NCBI GenBank assembly: GCA_964016885.1 | Contig: OZ024743.1 | Span: 42,160,001 to 42,224,000 of the forward strand | Source: Eledone cirrhosa | Taxonomy: Eukaryota | Length of the DNA stretch: 64,000 nt | Reading direction: 5' to 3' | Shown: positions 1 through 13,367 of the stretch, in pieces | Layout of the letters: each line of letters starts with the position of its first letter | Numbering within the stretch: the first letter of the stretch is position 1 | Notes under the pieces: model-generated | What the model saw: only the letters and a program-made list of their open reading frames with translations | What the model was told of the DNA's origin: nothing | Databases searched by the model: none | Position numbers and translations under genes: made by a program

Positions 1-928
1 GTTAATAATATAGAGAAAACTTATCAAATTTGTAAAGGAACAATACACACGAATTAACCTGATATTAATTAGATGAAGCGTGAAAAAGCATGTTTCTATT
101 TCAAAATCAGAGAAATGTTGAAGTGGGAAACATTTAAATTAAGAAATAATATATTGCCCCCAATACTAACTTCACACCAAAATAACAAAACAAAATATAA
201 ATGCCTTCTTTAGTTTGGGTGAATTAATTAAGTAATTGCGATAGTACATTAATGTCAATATTTCTAATTATCTGTAAATACACAGCATATCTGGATCTTC
301 TATTGTTCGCTGGAGAAAAAAAATGATTTTGCGGACACACTTATAATTTATAAGTGCGTTCGCAATTTTTTTTTTTTTTTCTCGTTTATAAGTTATTACC
401 ATACATATATGTGCGTGAAACCGCCCGCGGCCAGGGAAACCTACTCATACAACTTCTGATGTACCATTAGCAAATGTCAACTAACAAAGGGAAACTGTCA
501 ATGAGAGGCATATAGGGAACGTAAACACAAAGAATACAAACATCAACAGGTGATGTGGTCTGGTGTAGGGTAATATGGGTACTTGTTGAGGTAAGCGAGA
601 GGGATACACTTTTGTTTAAACCTTGAAGTGGGGGCAATATAATTGTCTGTATATCTAACCATGAATCTATGAGCAAGCCATGCATTGCCGAATTGTTTGC
701 ATCTTACTGTTTATGAACTAGTCAAGAAGATTGAATATGCTGCTTAAAACATGTCACCATAAGCTCAATAATTCCATTTTAACGGCTTTAATTACAATAT
801 ATGTATATATAGCTATATTAGATTTTATTAACTTCACAACATTCAATGCCTAGTTGGAGTAAACATGTTTATACAACATTGATCAAATCGGCTACTACAG
901 TTGCTGTAAACACCCCCCCCCCCACACG

Positions 929-973
<45 letters not shown>

Positions 974-3900
974 ACACACACACACACACATACGCACACA
1001 TATTTACACACAAACACAGCATCAAACCCATTTACTTATTACAATTTTTAGATTAATTTACACTTCTGTAATGCTTTTTTTATAGATATATGTGAGTTAG
1101 AGATTCTTTATGTGTTAGTGTTTCGTTTATAATTCAGTTTATAACAGGTGTGTAGTGTACAATATTTTAATATGTTCATTCATCTTAAAATATGTTATTA
1201 TAATATTATAAATCTATATATACATATATATCCTCCTTAAATTTCATTTCATTCAAACTTTAAAAACGTTTATCAATACTTTTTGCAAATATTTTAAATT
1301 AACTTGTGTTTATTCATATTTTAAAATAAATTATCAGTAGCTTACCCCACATTACATTATGTTGTCATACACCATATGCTGTCATACACCATATGCTGTT
1401 TTTAATTCACATTACATTTGGCTGCCAGTTTAATATATTCCGGATAGTTATATGTTCATATACATCATATACATCTTATACATCATATACACACGTCTAT
1501 ATTAGACAGATTTACTTTAGCATTCAGCCATAAAAGATGGTTTTGATCTTTTCATTGCTTGAGATGTGGTACATATTTTATCGATATATCAATATTTTTC
1601 TATTTCTATATAATATATAATTTCTTGCTATGTTGCATTCATATTTACAATCATCGATATTTGGTGCTATATTTTAGTGGTAATTCTACCAACAGTCTAT
1701 TGAATAACATCGTCCGAACACATTTATATGGCATGTTGGGCGCTGGGTTGTACCAGATCATTAGGGATAGTTAGCTTTTCTATTGGAAACACATGTCCTG
1801 TTCTCTCGGGAAGAAGATTGTCGTCCAACATTTTTGGCATCTATGTTTCTCCTTTTGTTCTAATAGGGTGATGCATTTTGAATGGACACGTCTCTGCAGA
1901 TCTTTTCTGGAGGTGGAATACCTTAGCACGAGACGGTTAATCAGGGCAGTTTGACCAGAAGAGAGCAGAAGTTGGTGCACCTGTCCGTAAATTAGTTCCA
2001 GCAAGTTTTTTTTTTTTCACCTATGTGATTTTATATAGGTTTCGAGTAACTTATACATTATGTATATAACTTCTTTAACAAATAAATAGAATTACAGGTC
2101 GTGTTGATTTTATTAATAATTTAATACATGACAATATACACCATGCATAAAAATAATAATGTAAAATTCATTCCGATAATGTTTGTAAAGCCTATCACAT
2201 GGGAATGTACAATAGAAATAAAAAATAACCATATGAGTACGTGGCATAAAAAACTAGTTTTTGAAGCTCCTACATAACGATAAAAGGGGTAAAATAATAT
2301 CTGTGAATCGAGAAAATGATCATAGATACATTTATATATGCGGTCGCAATAACACGAGAAAAACAGAAAATAGGTGTCACAAACTCCTAAACATTAAAAT
2401 GGGATATAATCGTAATATAATATATAGAAACATGGCGATTTCAATGAAATATATACGAGCATGTAACTGCACACAATTCATTTAACAGACAGGACTATTT
2501 TATATATTGCGGTTGAAAGTGGGAAATAGTATTTAATCATTACGAATACGTTATTCAAATTATTTTGTAAAATACACTTATTAAGCGATTATATTTCTGA
2601 AGACAACATTTTTATCTCTTTTATATTTAAAGCGAAAAATATATTTTAACTTACGATACAAAAATAACTAATAAAAATAAATGTTTAATATTACGTTATT
2701 GAATTAAATGTCTTCTTCTCTACATTCTCAACTACATATATTTATTATGTATAAACAGAGACTTAACTATGTAGTCAACATTTATCATGAAGCAAACTTC
2801 ATATTATTAAATAAGCGACATCGCATTAACTATTAACCTGTAAACGAAAGCATCGTGTTTTATTAAAAGTTCATGTCTTCTTTCAAAATTTAAGATGCAA
2901 ATTATATGATTTATTATTTTAAAATCAAGATGGCAGTTATATTAATTCTTTTCCTCCTGAAACCATATGCAAGAATAGAAGGTTATGATATCGAAAACCG
3001 ATACAGTTCCTTCCTTCGTGAAATGAAAGAGATAAATTTGCATATATAAATGAAAGAACATTCAAAAGAAAACATTAGTCTTAGCCTTTAATGATAAAAT
3101 ACTAAAATTAAGATACAAGTAATAATACCTTATTTTATTTATTTATTTATTTTTATTTCATGCAACAGCTGAAGCGAAATCTAATAATTCTGTTGTAAAA
3201 CGAAATAAAACCTAAATAAAATTAAAAAATAATTAAATAAATCATACTTCTTCTGAATTTAATATTCAGCCAATTCATCACTAAATCATATGCTAATGTA
3301 TTTTTACCCAGTGTAGGGAAATGGTTTTATTGCAGAGTTGTTAACAATGCTCCTATTAATATAACATAAGGCGTTTCCGATAATATGAAATTTTACACTT
3401 TCAAAAGAATATTCAATTATCTGATGAAACTGATACGGCTCTCAGAATTTGAGTGCTAGCTATATTTTAATATGCCTTAACATTCAATTTAATAAGCGCT
3501 TCATCCGTTACACCCACATAATTTAATGGAATAATAAAATATTAAGTTAGACATAAGTAATGTTCTATAGAGATATACAACTATTCTCAAACATAATTTC
3601 ATATAAACATCCACGTAAATTATGCTACAGTGCCGGGATGATCTATTAATTTATTTCATATTTGAATTATCTATACATTTTATACTTTTAAAATTCTGTT
3701 AAAAAGATATCCAAATTAATTTATATATTCGTGAAGTTTAATTTCAATAATAGTTTAAATTATTTTTCTCAACGCAAAATATATGAATCAAATTATAATA
3801 GTTTAAAATCGGTTTTATTGCGTAGGTTTTCATATAGAGACATGAATAAAATGTACTATCACCCACGATGTAACTCATGTGTTTTTCTTTTCTCATAGTT

Positions 3901-4074
3901 GTAATGCATTGCCTAACTTAAGTTAACTAAGCCATGGTACTACTCTTTGTGACACGTCTTAAATTAAATATCTGAACTGTATAATTTATAATGTATCTTA
4001 AAAAAGATTTTTTCATTAATTAGATAGCATATTTTGAAACATCAGGAATATTATATAAATATATATATATATGT

Positions 4075-4335
4075 ATGTATACGTACATTCATATATGTAT
4101 ACAGACGTACAGTAGTATGTATATATATATACATACATGCACACATATATATATATATATATATATATGTACGTATGGATTCACCGAACATTTATTATAA
4201 TACTCGGTGTGTTCGAGCATTATAATAAATGTTCGGTGAATCCATACGTATATATATATGTATATATGTGTGCATGAATGTATATATATATACATACTAC
4301 TGTACGTCTGTATACATATATGTATGTACATATAC
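4075..4335. repeat. Imperfect ~260 bp inverted repeat (palindrome) in TA-rich sequence
   Basis: tacgtatggattcaccgaacatttattataat (~4170-4201) is the reverse complement of attataataaatgttcggtgaatccatacgta (~4219-4250). The outer arms tatacagacgtacagtagtatg / catactactgtacgtctgtata also match. Confidence 0.85.
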
Positions 4336-4401
4336 ATACTTATATTTAAGTAACAGCCGTACTAAGAGTGAGAAATGAAATTTCGTTTCATTTTTTCCGT
4401 T

Positions 4402-4433
<32 letters not shown>

Positions 4434-4606
4434 TATGTCTGTGTGTATGCGTGTATGTATGACTGTATGTATATATATTCTCACTTTTCAGGTAAATGAG
4501 AATGACAGTTTTAAATATATATACTTTTCCTTTTCTGTACACATCACTTTATACATATGCACAGCATATTCTAAGAAAGCTATCTATCCATCTATATATC
4601 TCTCTC

Positions 4607-4657
<51 letters not shown>

Positions 4658-4661
4658 CTCA

Positions 4662-4718
<57 letters not shown>

Positions 4719-4815
4719 TATGTTTATTAAAATAACTCTACAGTTCTTATATATTTCATATATATTTATCCTTATCGAGCCCACTTTGGATTTTAGTCTT
4801 CAAGTTTATTATTAT

Positions 4816-4860
<45 letters not shown>

Positions 4861-4863
<3 letters not shown>

Positions 4864-5580
4864 TCATCATCATCATCATCAACGTTTAACGTCCGTGTTC
4901 CACGCTTGCATGGGTTTGGACGGGGGTAGTCCCACTTGAGGCAAGAGTGATTGTCTTGCTCGCATAGGACTGTCTGGCAGGTTTTCTACAGTTGGATGCC
5001 CTTCCTAACACCAACCACATTTACAGTGTGGGTCTGGGAGGTTTTTACCGTGTTGCCTACACGGCCACATTACAGCGTGGACTGTGTGTTTTTTTTGTCG
5101 TGACACCTACACGATCTCATTTGTTTCGGCCTGGATGGCGCGGCACCAACATAACTTTACATAGAACGGGGTGGTGTGGATGGGGTGGGGGTGGTGGTGG
5201 TGGGACGGGGTGTATTTTGTTAGAGATGCCTACTGGCTGGAGTAGGTTTTACTATATATTTAGGTAAGGTGGGTCTTCTCTGTTACTGGGTACCGCCAAG
5301 GGTCTCGGTCCAGTGACATTGTCTTGGAGAGGTGTAAGTGTGTGATGTCGGAGTTTATCAGCTCGTCCCAGGTTTTTCTAGGTCTGCCTATTCCGTGACT
5401 ACCGTCTATCTTTATTGCCCTGCACTTTGTTATACAGCTATCGACTTTCATGCGCATCACGTGTCCATACCAACGTAGCCTTCTCTCGAGTAAACAACAT
5501 CTGATACCTCTTATCTCTAATTTTTTCCTTAGTTCGTTTATGCTTTGCCGTTCACGTATATTACTGTTACACATCCAGCT
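4861..5580 (-). mobile_element. 5'-truncated RTE-clade LINE 3' end
   Basis: ORF 5260-5601 has RRLRWYGHVMRM...GRPRKTW, typical of RTE RT C-termini. The 3' UTR ends in a (TGA)n tail (tcatcatca on +) at 4861. Confidence 0.75.
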
Positions 5581-5640
5581 ATATATACATATATAATCCA
5601 TACGCCGAAATCACGAACACATGACACTTTAAATTATAAT

Positions 5641-5825
5641 CGTTTCTACTTTTGGCACAAGGCCAGCAATTAACCAGTACATAACTGGTACATTATTTTA
5701 TCGACTCCGTTAGGAGGAAAGGCAAAGTTAACCTCGGCGGGATTTGAACTCAGACCGTAAAGAGACGTAACTATGCTGCAAAGTATGGCGTCCGACTCTC
5801 TACCGATACTGCCAATTCACCGCCC
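5641..5825 (-). mobile_element. Full-length tRNA-derived SINE with target-site duplication
   Basis: Minus strand has an A-box-like tggcagtatcgg and a B-box gagttcaaatccc, then a central gcctttcctcctaacggagtcgataaaat motif. The direct repeat ctttaaattataat flanks it (5627-5640 and 5826-5839). The family recurs many times in the window. Confidence 0.85.
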
Positions 5826-5943
5826 CTTTAAATTATAATGGTATCTAGTAATATATGTCGAACAAGAGGGGGTGTATAGATGCAAAATTTATGTTAAATA
5901 TATGAGTCTCAATGTTATCGTAAAACTATGAATATATGCCTGA

Positions 5944-6003
<60 letters not shown>

Positions 6004-6005
6004 TT

Positions 6006-7480
6006 ATAGGAACGAGTAGGACCCCGACGGCTGAGCTCAAGCCGTTTCGACGGCTAACTCTGGACTAAATGAAAATGTTTCTCCTGGTATTTGAATAGCC
6101 AAGCTTCTCAAGGGGTAATTCCATATATGGTAAAGGTGATTGTCACAAGGATTGGTGAAAGGTTTGTTGTTGAGACAATAATTCTATGAAGGCAATTTGT
6201 GGCGGGAGGGGGTAGCTGAACCTGCCAGTAGGAGAAAGAGGGAGAGGGGTGGAGGAGACCCAGTCATGCATTGATAGTGCCGACTACAGCTGGGCATGAG
6301 GTCAAAGAAGATACTAGGGAGGGAGGAGGGGGAGGAAGTCGAAACAGTAAGTAAAACAATATGGGGTAAATATATAGAAAAATACCGAGAGTGTTAAAAA
6401 GCAATTGAATGTAAAAAAAAAAAATAAAAGAATGTTCTGGTTACTCTGACCTAAGTCTCTCACTGGTACTGCTAGGCTAAAGAAAGGTTTACTAGGTGGG
6501 ACGGAATTATAATGAGACCCTTTTAAGAGGTATAAGTAATAAACCGAGTATATCTTACGGTGACGGGTCAACAAGTTAGGGGCCAAAATATTAAAGAAAC
6601 TACCACGAAATAATAAATAAAGGTTTCTACCCCAGGCACAAGGCCAGCAACCACCCAGTGCAAAAAAGTAAACTAATACGAAATAATAATTCAGAATCCC
6701 GAAAAAGAATACTAATACTATCTCTGAGGGTGCCGCCACGATACAAAAGTTCCAGTGCAAACTACATAAACGCTCGTACGAGGTATATGTAAAATTCAAA
6801 ACGGAAAATTAATTCATAATCCCCCCCCCCCCCCACAAAAAAAAAAAAAATAAAGACTGATATACGAGAAATTAAAGCAAAGATACCACTAAGAAATATA
6901 GAAAGCACGGAAAAGGGGCAGCGGTCGGATAAGAAGGCAAGTATCCGGGGTCTAACACATCTGCTATAAAAGCGGAGTCGGCCAAATCTATCATAGAATA
7001 GGGGAAGGGGGTGGGGGTACTGAGACTACAAAGGACCGAGGGGCTGCCTCGGGTGGTCTAGAAAATGAAAAGGACGACGACAAAGAAAGAGGACTGGTTT
7101 GGAAGGACTAGGGAGGGATGGGTGGAAGAAGGAAATATAGAGGAAGCGATAAAAAGATATAAAAGCAGATATTACGTCTACCGTTGCAAGCAGGGGTTAC
7201 CCATTACAAAATCAGCAAGTGGGGTGTTATAGCCCTAGTCTACCCCCCGGATCATTATGAGGTTTGAGGGCGAGGTAAGTCCTACGCAATCTGTCTTTAC
7301 ATGCAGTAACCAGTTCATATTTCTTGTTTAGGAGTTGGTCCGTCGAAAACAACATTTGTAAAGTTTCCTCCGAGCATGAATTGCACGGACGGCGTCCTCC
7401 CGTGTAAGAGTTGGCTCTGGACAGTAAGCTCCAAGTGAGATCATAGGTAACGTTGTTATACTTGAGGTCCCATATGACCC
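6006..7480 (-). mobile_element. Inverted 3' copy (GIY-YIG C-terminus + pLTR) of the adjacent Penelope-like element
   Basis: Reverse complement of ~10070-11488. It joins the forward copy at gacccg (~7476) and its outer end abuts (TA)n. Confidence 0.92.
6021..6116 (-). ncRNA. Type I hammerhead ribozyme, U3-A8 variant core, long helix II
   Basis: Minus strand reads acccc TTGAGAA gcttggctattc...gagttagccgtc GAAA cggcttgagctcagccg TC ggggt. Helix I is acccc/ggggt, helix III is acggct/agccgt, and the cleavage triplet is GUC. Confidence 0.75.
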
Positions 7481-8158
7481 GTCACCGTAAGATATACTCG
7501 GTCTATTACTTATACCTCTTAAAAGGGTCTCATTATAATTCCGTCCCACCTAGTAAACCTTTCTTTAGCCTAGCAGTACCAGTGAGAGACTTAGGTCAGA
7601 GTAACCAGAAATTGTTTATTTTTTTTTTTTACATTTAATTGCTTTTTAACACTCTCGGTATGTTTCTATATATTTACCCCATATTGTTTTACTTACTGTT
7701 TCGACTTCCTTCCCCTCCTCCCCCCTAGTATCTTCTTTGACCTCATGCCCAGCTGTAGTCAGCACTATCAACGCATGACTGGGTCTCCTCCACCCCTCTC
7801 CCTCTTTCTCCTACTGGCAGGTTCAGCTACCCCCTCCCTCCACAAATTGCCTTCATAGAATTATTATGTCTCAACAACAAACTTTTGACCAATCCTTGCT
7901 CGGCTATTCAAATACCAGGATAAACATTTTCATTTAGTCCAGAATTAGCCGTCGAAACGGCTTGAGCTCAGCCGTCGGGGTCCTACTCGTTCCTATTACC
8001 CACTCTAAGTATTGAGTACTTTGGTGCGTTATGGTTCACCTGGTTCCTTACCACATTTCCTCCTTTATCTAGCTCCTATTCCCGTAGTAGAGCACTTTCC
8101 GACCCTACCACGCCGTATCCAGACTTTTCCGCTAAGCTCTAGTTCTTTCACCCGCACC

Positions 8159-10323
8159 ATGTGAAAACACAACATTGACTTCTCTACCAAGAACATCCCA
8201 GTCCCACCGAAAAAAATTTACCTTCGGATGCTCACGCAAAAAATCGATCTATTTGCGAAAAGACTTAGATGGAGAACTTTTTTCTACGACAGATATTGCG
8301 ACAATCAGGACTTCGGTACCAAGGAGAGATTCGGATTTATTACCTACAAATCTCCCCCTCCGAACCCTATGCTCTCACCCCTCGAGAATGACCTTTTCCA
8401 ACTGGTCAAGAACATTAAATTCAAACCCAGACACAACCGATTCCTACAAAAACTCCGTAGCAACTTAACAGAGTATGATAACACCAATGACATCATGGTG
8501 CACTCGGATAAAACTGGTAATCTCTATTTTGTCAACCCCGACAGATACCACACACTGATCAGGAGCAGCCTAAACTCCACCTATAAAAAGGCTAACCACT
8601 CATGCATCGGGGACATAAATCGAGATGGACAACAAATTACCTCCAGCCTCGGGGTCGCCGACCGCACGGAACCCCTAGACCCATAGACACCCTACTTCAC
8701 ACTGAAGGACCACAAATCCGATTTCGACCGTAAACCTTCTATCAGGCTTATAAACCCAACGAAGTCCGACATAGTGAGAATCAGCAAAAAAACCTAGACC
8801 GCGTTATACCAAAAGTTAAGCAACACGCCCGACTTAGCCTATGGTTCAACACCCAGGAAGTAATCTCATGGTTCAGCAATATGGAGGAAAAACGAGACAC
8901 TAAATTTCATCCAGTTTGACATAGAGAGTGACTATGCGTCAATCACCTTACCGCTACTTACGGCTGCCTTGGACTTCGCCGAAGCACTTGTGCCCATCAC
9001 CCACCAGGAAAGAAACATCATCCTCCACGCCAGGAAGACAGTCTTACTCTTCGACAACTCAAAATGGATAAAGAGAGCTTCCGACTCACCCTTCGACGTC
9101 AGCATGGGCGCGACGGATTCGGCTGAGGTCATAGATCTTATAGGATTATTCCAAATAGCCAAACTCACCGATATGTTTCCTGCATTCGGCGGTGGATTGT
9201 ACCGTGATGATGGGCTCCTTACCCCTAAAGGGTAAAACCTCAGTAGTACAGATCGTGTCCGTAAACAATTAATCAGCTTCTTCCGCGACTGGGGATTTAA
9301 AATATCCCTACAAACGTCGCTGACCCGAGTAAACTTCCTGGACGTTACCCTTGACCTCGATAATGATTTGTACTACCCATACAGGAAACCTAACGACAAC
9401 CTGCACTACATCCACCGCCGGTCAAACCATCCTAGGAACATCACCAATAACCTGGTTAAAAACATCTCCCTCCGCATATCCCGTTTGTTAGCTAATGAGC
9501 AGATATTCGAGGAACATGCGCCGTATTACATCCAGGCCCTCAAGCGGAGTGGTTTCCGGGAGGAAATATCCTACTGTCCAGCTTCCATTAGCGGAACCAG
9601 CAGGCGACACCGCCGCTCACGCAATGTAACATGGTTCAATCCTCCCCACAACGCCGAGGTGACAACTCCTATCGGGAAAATCTTCTTTAGGCTCATTGAA
9701 AAACACTTCCCACTACAACAACGCTACCACAACATAATTTAAAAAATACCATCAAACTCTCTTACAGCACCACACCAAACTTTGCACAAAGCATCGTCTC
9801 CTCTGACAACAAAAAACACAACCCCTATGGAAGAAATAACCTAAATAGCAGCGGAGAGCCGACCAGGAGGTGCAACTGTCCTGATGGATCCATTTTCCCC
9901 CTCGACAACAGATGCAGAGATCGTAATGTGATCTACCAGTGCAACGTGAGGACGGACACCTCCAACAAGGCTTATATAGGATTAACCGCATGTGACTTCA
10001 AGACCCGGCTATACCAACATAGACATACCTTCCGAAACCCGGCCCGGCATCACGCCACTACACATTCGGGCCACATATGGGACCTCAAGGATAACAACAT
10101 TACCTATGATCTCACTTGGAGCTTACTGTCCAGAGCCAACTCTTACAGGGGAGGACGCCGTCCGTGCAATTTATGCTCGGAGGAAACTTTACAAATGCTG
10201 TTTTCGACGGACCAACTCCTAAACAAGAAATATGAACTGGTTACTGCATGTAAAGACAGATTGCGTAGGACTTCCCTCGCCCTCAAACCTCATAATGACC
10301 CGGCGGGTAGACTAGGGCTATAA
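8159..10323 (+). pseudogene. Disrupted PLE reverse transcriptase + GIY-YIG endonuclease ORF (~720 codons)
   Basis: Fragments FSTKNIP, RLRWRTFF, DKTGNLY, DIESDYASI, SMGA, GGGLYRDDGL, NFLDVTLDL, YRKPN, CNC linker, IYQCNV...YIGLT...FKTRLYQH and CNLCSEE, with several stops and frameshifts. Confidence 0.92.
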
Positions 10324-11377
10324 CACCCCACTTGCTGATTTTGTAATGGGTAACCCCTGCTTGCAAAGGTAGACGTAAGATCTTCTTTTATATCTTTTTA
10401 TCGCTTCCTCTATATTTCCTTCTTCCCCCCATCCCTCCCTAGTCCTTCCAGCCCAGTCCTCTTTCTTTGTCGTCGTTCTTTTCATTTTCTCACCCACCCG
10501 AAGCAGCCCCTCGGTTCTTTGTAGCCTCAGTACCCCCACCCCCTTCCCCTATTCTATGATAGATTTGGCCGACTCCGCTTTTTATAGCAGATGTGTTAGA
10601 CCCCGGATACTTTCCTTCTTATCCGACTGCTGCCCCTTTTCCGTGCTTTCTATATTTCTTAGTGGTGTCTTTGCTTTAATTTCTCGTATATCAATCTTTA
10701 TTTTTCCGTATCAAATTTTACATATACCTCGTACGAGCATTTATGAAATTTGCACTAGAACTTTTAAATCGTGGCGGCACCCTTAGAGATAGTATTAGTA
10801 TTCTTTTTCGGGATTCTGAATTATTATTTCGTTTTAGTTTACTTTTTTGCACTGGGTGGTTGCTGGCCTTGTGCCTGGGGTAGAAACCTTTATTTATTAT
10901 TTCGTGGTAGTTTCTTTAGTATTTTGGCCCCTCACTTGTTGACCCGTCACCGTAAGATATACTCGGTTTATTACTATACCTCTTAAAAGGGTCTCATTAT
11001 AATTCCGTCCCACCTAGTAAACCTTTCTTTAGTCTAGCAGTACCAATGAGAGACTTAGGTCGTAATAACCAGAAATTGTTTTTTTTTCAATTGCTTTTTA
11101 ACACTCTCGGTATTTTTCTATATATTTACCCCATATTGTTTTACTTACTGTTTCGACTTCCTCCCCCTCCTCCCCCCTAGTATCTTATTTGACCTCATGC
11201 CCAGCTGTAGTCAGCACTATCAACGCTTGACTGGGTCTCCTCCACCCTCTCCCTCTTTCTCCTACTGGCAGGTTCAGCTACCCCTCCCTCCACAAATTGC
11301 CTTCATAGAATTATTATGTCTCAACAACAAACTTTTGACCAATCCTTGTGACAATCACCTTTACCATATATGGAATT

Positions 11378-11473
11378 ACCCCTTGAGAAGCTCGGCTATT
11401 GTAATACCAGGATAAACATTTTCATTTAGTCCAGAATTAGCCGTTGAAACGGCTTGAGCTCAGCCGTCGGGGT
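11378..11473 (+). ncRNA. Type I hammerhead ribozyme (U3-A8 core) in the 3' pLTR
   Basis: acccc TTGAGAA gctcggcta...tagccgtt GAAA cggcttgagctcagccg TC ggggt; same motif as 6021-6116. Confidence 0.72.
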
Positions 11474-11565
11474 CCTACTCGTTCCTATTACCCACTCTAC
11501 TACCCTAACTATTGAGTACTTTGGTGCGTTATGGTCCACCTGGTTCCTTACCACATTTCCTCCGT

Positions 11566-11632
<67 letters not shown>

Positions 11633-11899
11633 TATGAATTTTACCTGCTGATATCCGAATTCTCATGAAAACAGCTTTTCTAAAATACTAATTGAATAAT
11701 CGTTAAATGCTGCACATATTTCTATAAACTAAAAAAAAATAAATAAATAATATTTTAAATTAAATAAAAGAGAAAAAAGAAATCATTTACACAAATGTTT
11801 GTCACGCTTTCCATCCGATGTTGATGCGATTGATGTCATATATCTAATCTTGAAGAACATCACACGGCGTCTGACAGAGATACTCGCGTACAGGAAACT

Positions 11900-12150
11900 A
11901 TATGGCCGCCATTAGGAGAGGATATGAACGAATCGTCAAATCAGGAAAAAAAAAAATATATTCTTAATGGTCTTTGCTTTGCCGACAATATCTTCCCTTT
12001 ACATCTCCTGGTAGAAAGACAACAAGTAATAAAATTGATAGGGAAAGATTCCGAGTTTCACATCAAGCCAATGACACAATATTTCCATTTGTCCCTTCAT
12101 TGTTGATAATATCTAACAGGCACACCTCATGACAGAAGGAACAAAATAAG
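11900..12150 (+). mobile_element. Highly decayed LINE RT remnant (RTE-like)
   Basis: ILNGLCFADNIFPL resembles the LxFADDI catalytic motif region. There is little else to support it. Confidence 0.35.
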
Positions 12151-12760
12151 GAGAGGAAAGAGGCTAATCGTCAAATTAGACCAAAGACAAAGAGTTTCTA
12201 TTACCGTGCCGTTGCTGATTCTCTCCGACGTTTACACTTCCTGACAGAATGTTCAATGTGAAATGAATTAATAAACGATAAGTGGCGGGGGTCAAATCGG
12301 TCCAGGAAATAATAGTTCATTTGTACATTTCATTGCTGATTATATCTTTCGTTAGCAACCTTTGTAGAAGAAAGCAGCCTGTGACGAATAAAGGAAATGT
12401 TTCGCTCCAAAACAGAAAGGGCCGCCAAGTCATTGACACGAAACTAAAATATATTGATTCTGAATTTGAACCCCTAACCATGTAATTTCGAATGGCAGCG
12501 ATTTAACATCATCTAATGTGCTATATCTTGACAGATATCAACTGGTAATGTGTTAATGTATATCGACTGTTAATAAATATACATTCATGATTAAATATCT
12601 TGTACAAATATATATGAACTCATTTATAACATTTCTGATATATCAAAAGCTGAAACGAAGACTAAAGGTTTTACAGTAAATTTATATTACATTTAAGATA
12701 TATCTCTATGCGCTCGTTTGGATGTAGCTGTCCGTATCTTTATATATATGAGTATCTATA

Positions 12761-13010
<250 letters not shown>

Positions 13011-13296
13011 CTCACTACCTTTCTATTGGTCAATTCAAAACCTGTCCCCAAACAGACCTATTATATTAAATCTTTGTTGGTTTTTTTCAATAAACAAATA
13101 TCATTATTTCTGAAGACAGCATATATATGTGTAGGTATTCCCTCTGATAGTTTGTAAAAATGTTACATAGATCTATATGATATACATACCAACACAAACA
13201 TATATATCCTAGAAACGATCGTAAAATGATGAATTTTTTAATATAAGGAACTGTTTCTTTGTTTTTATTAATTATTTTTATTAATTATTTTTATTA

Positions 13297-13367
<71 letters not shown>

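Larger units (their letters stand above)
7476..11568 (+). mobile_element. Penelope-like retroelement: partial 5' pLTR, RT + GIY-YIG ORF, 3' pLTR
   Basis: 7476-8065 repeats 10941-11565 directly (pseudo-LTR). The coding region lies between, and the 3' end runs into (TA)n. Confidence 0.95.

Noticed and set aside
1680-2004. Relatively GC-rich stretch with a 74-aa minus-strand ORF containing CxxC
   Set aside because: No recognisable domain or clear splice signals; I cannot tell an exon from a TE remnant.
2929-3050. Short ATG-initiated frame MAVILILFLLKPYARIEGYD... resembling a signal peptide
   Set aside because: It is only ~39 codons, has no convincing donor site and no further exons were found; this is expected by chance in AT-rich DNA.
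6314-6799. 161-aa hydrophobic ORF in the pLTR
   Set aside because: The frame is broken in the sister pLTR at 10556-11100; it is T-rich UTR sequence.
11425-11568. Possible HDV-like or twister ribozyme at the recurrent tagtccag boundary
   Set aside because: I could not build either pseudoknot. The segment is better explained as the 3' half of the U3-A8 hammerhead.
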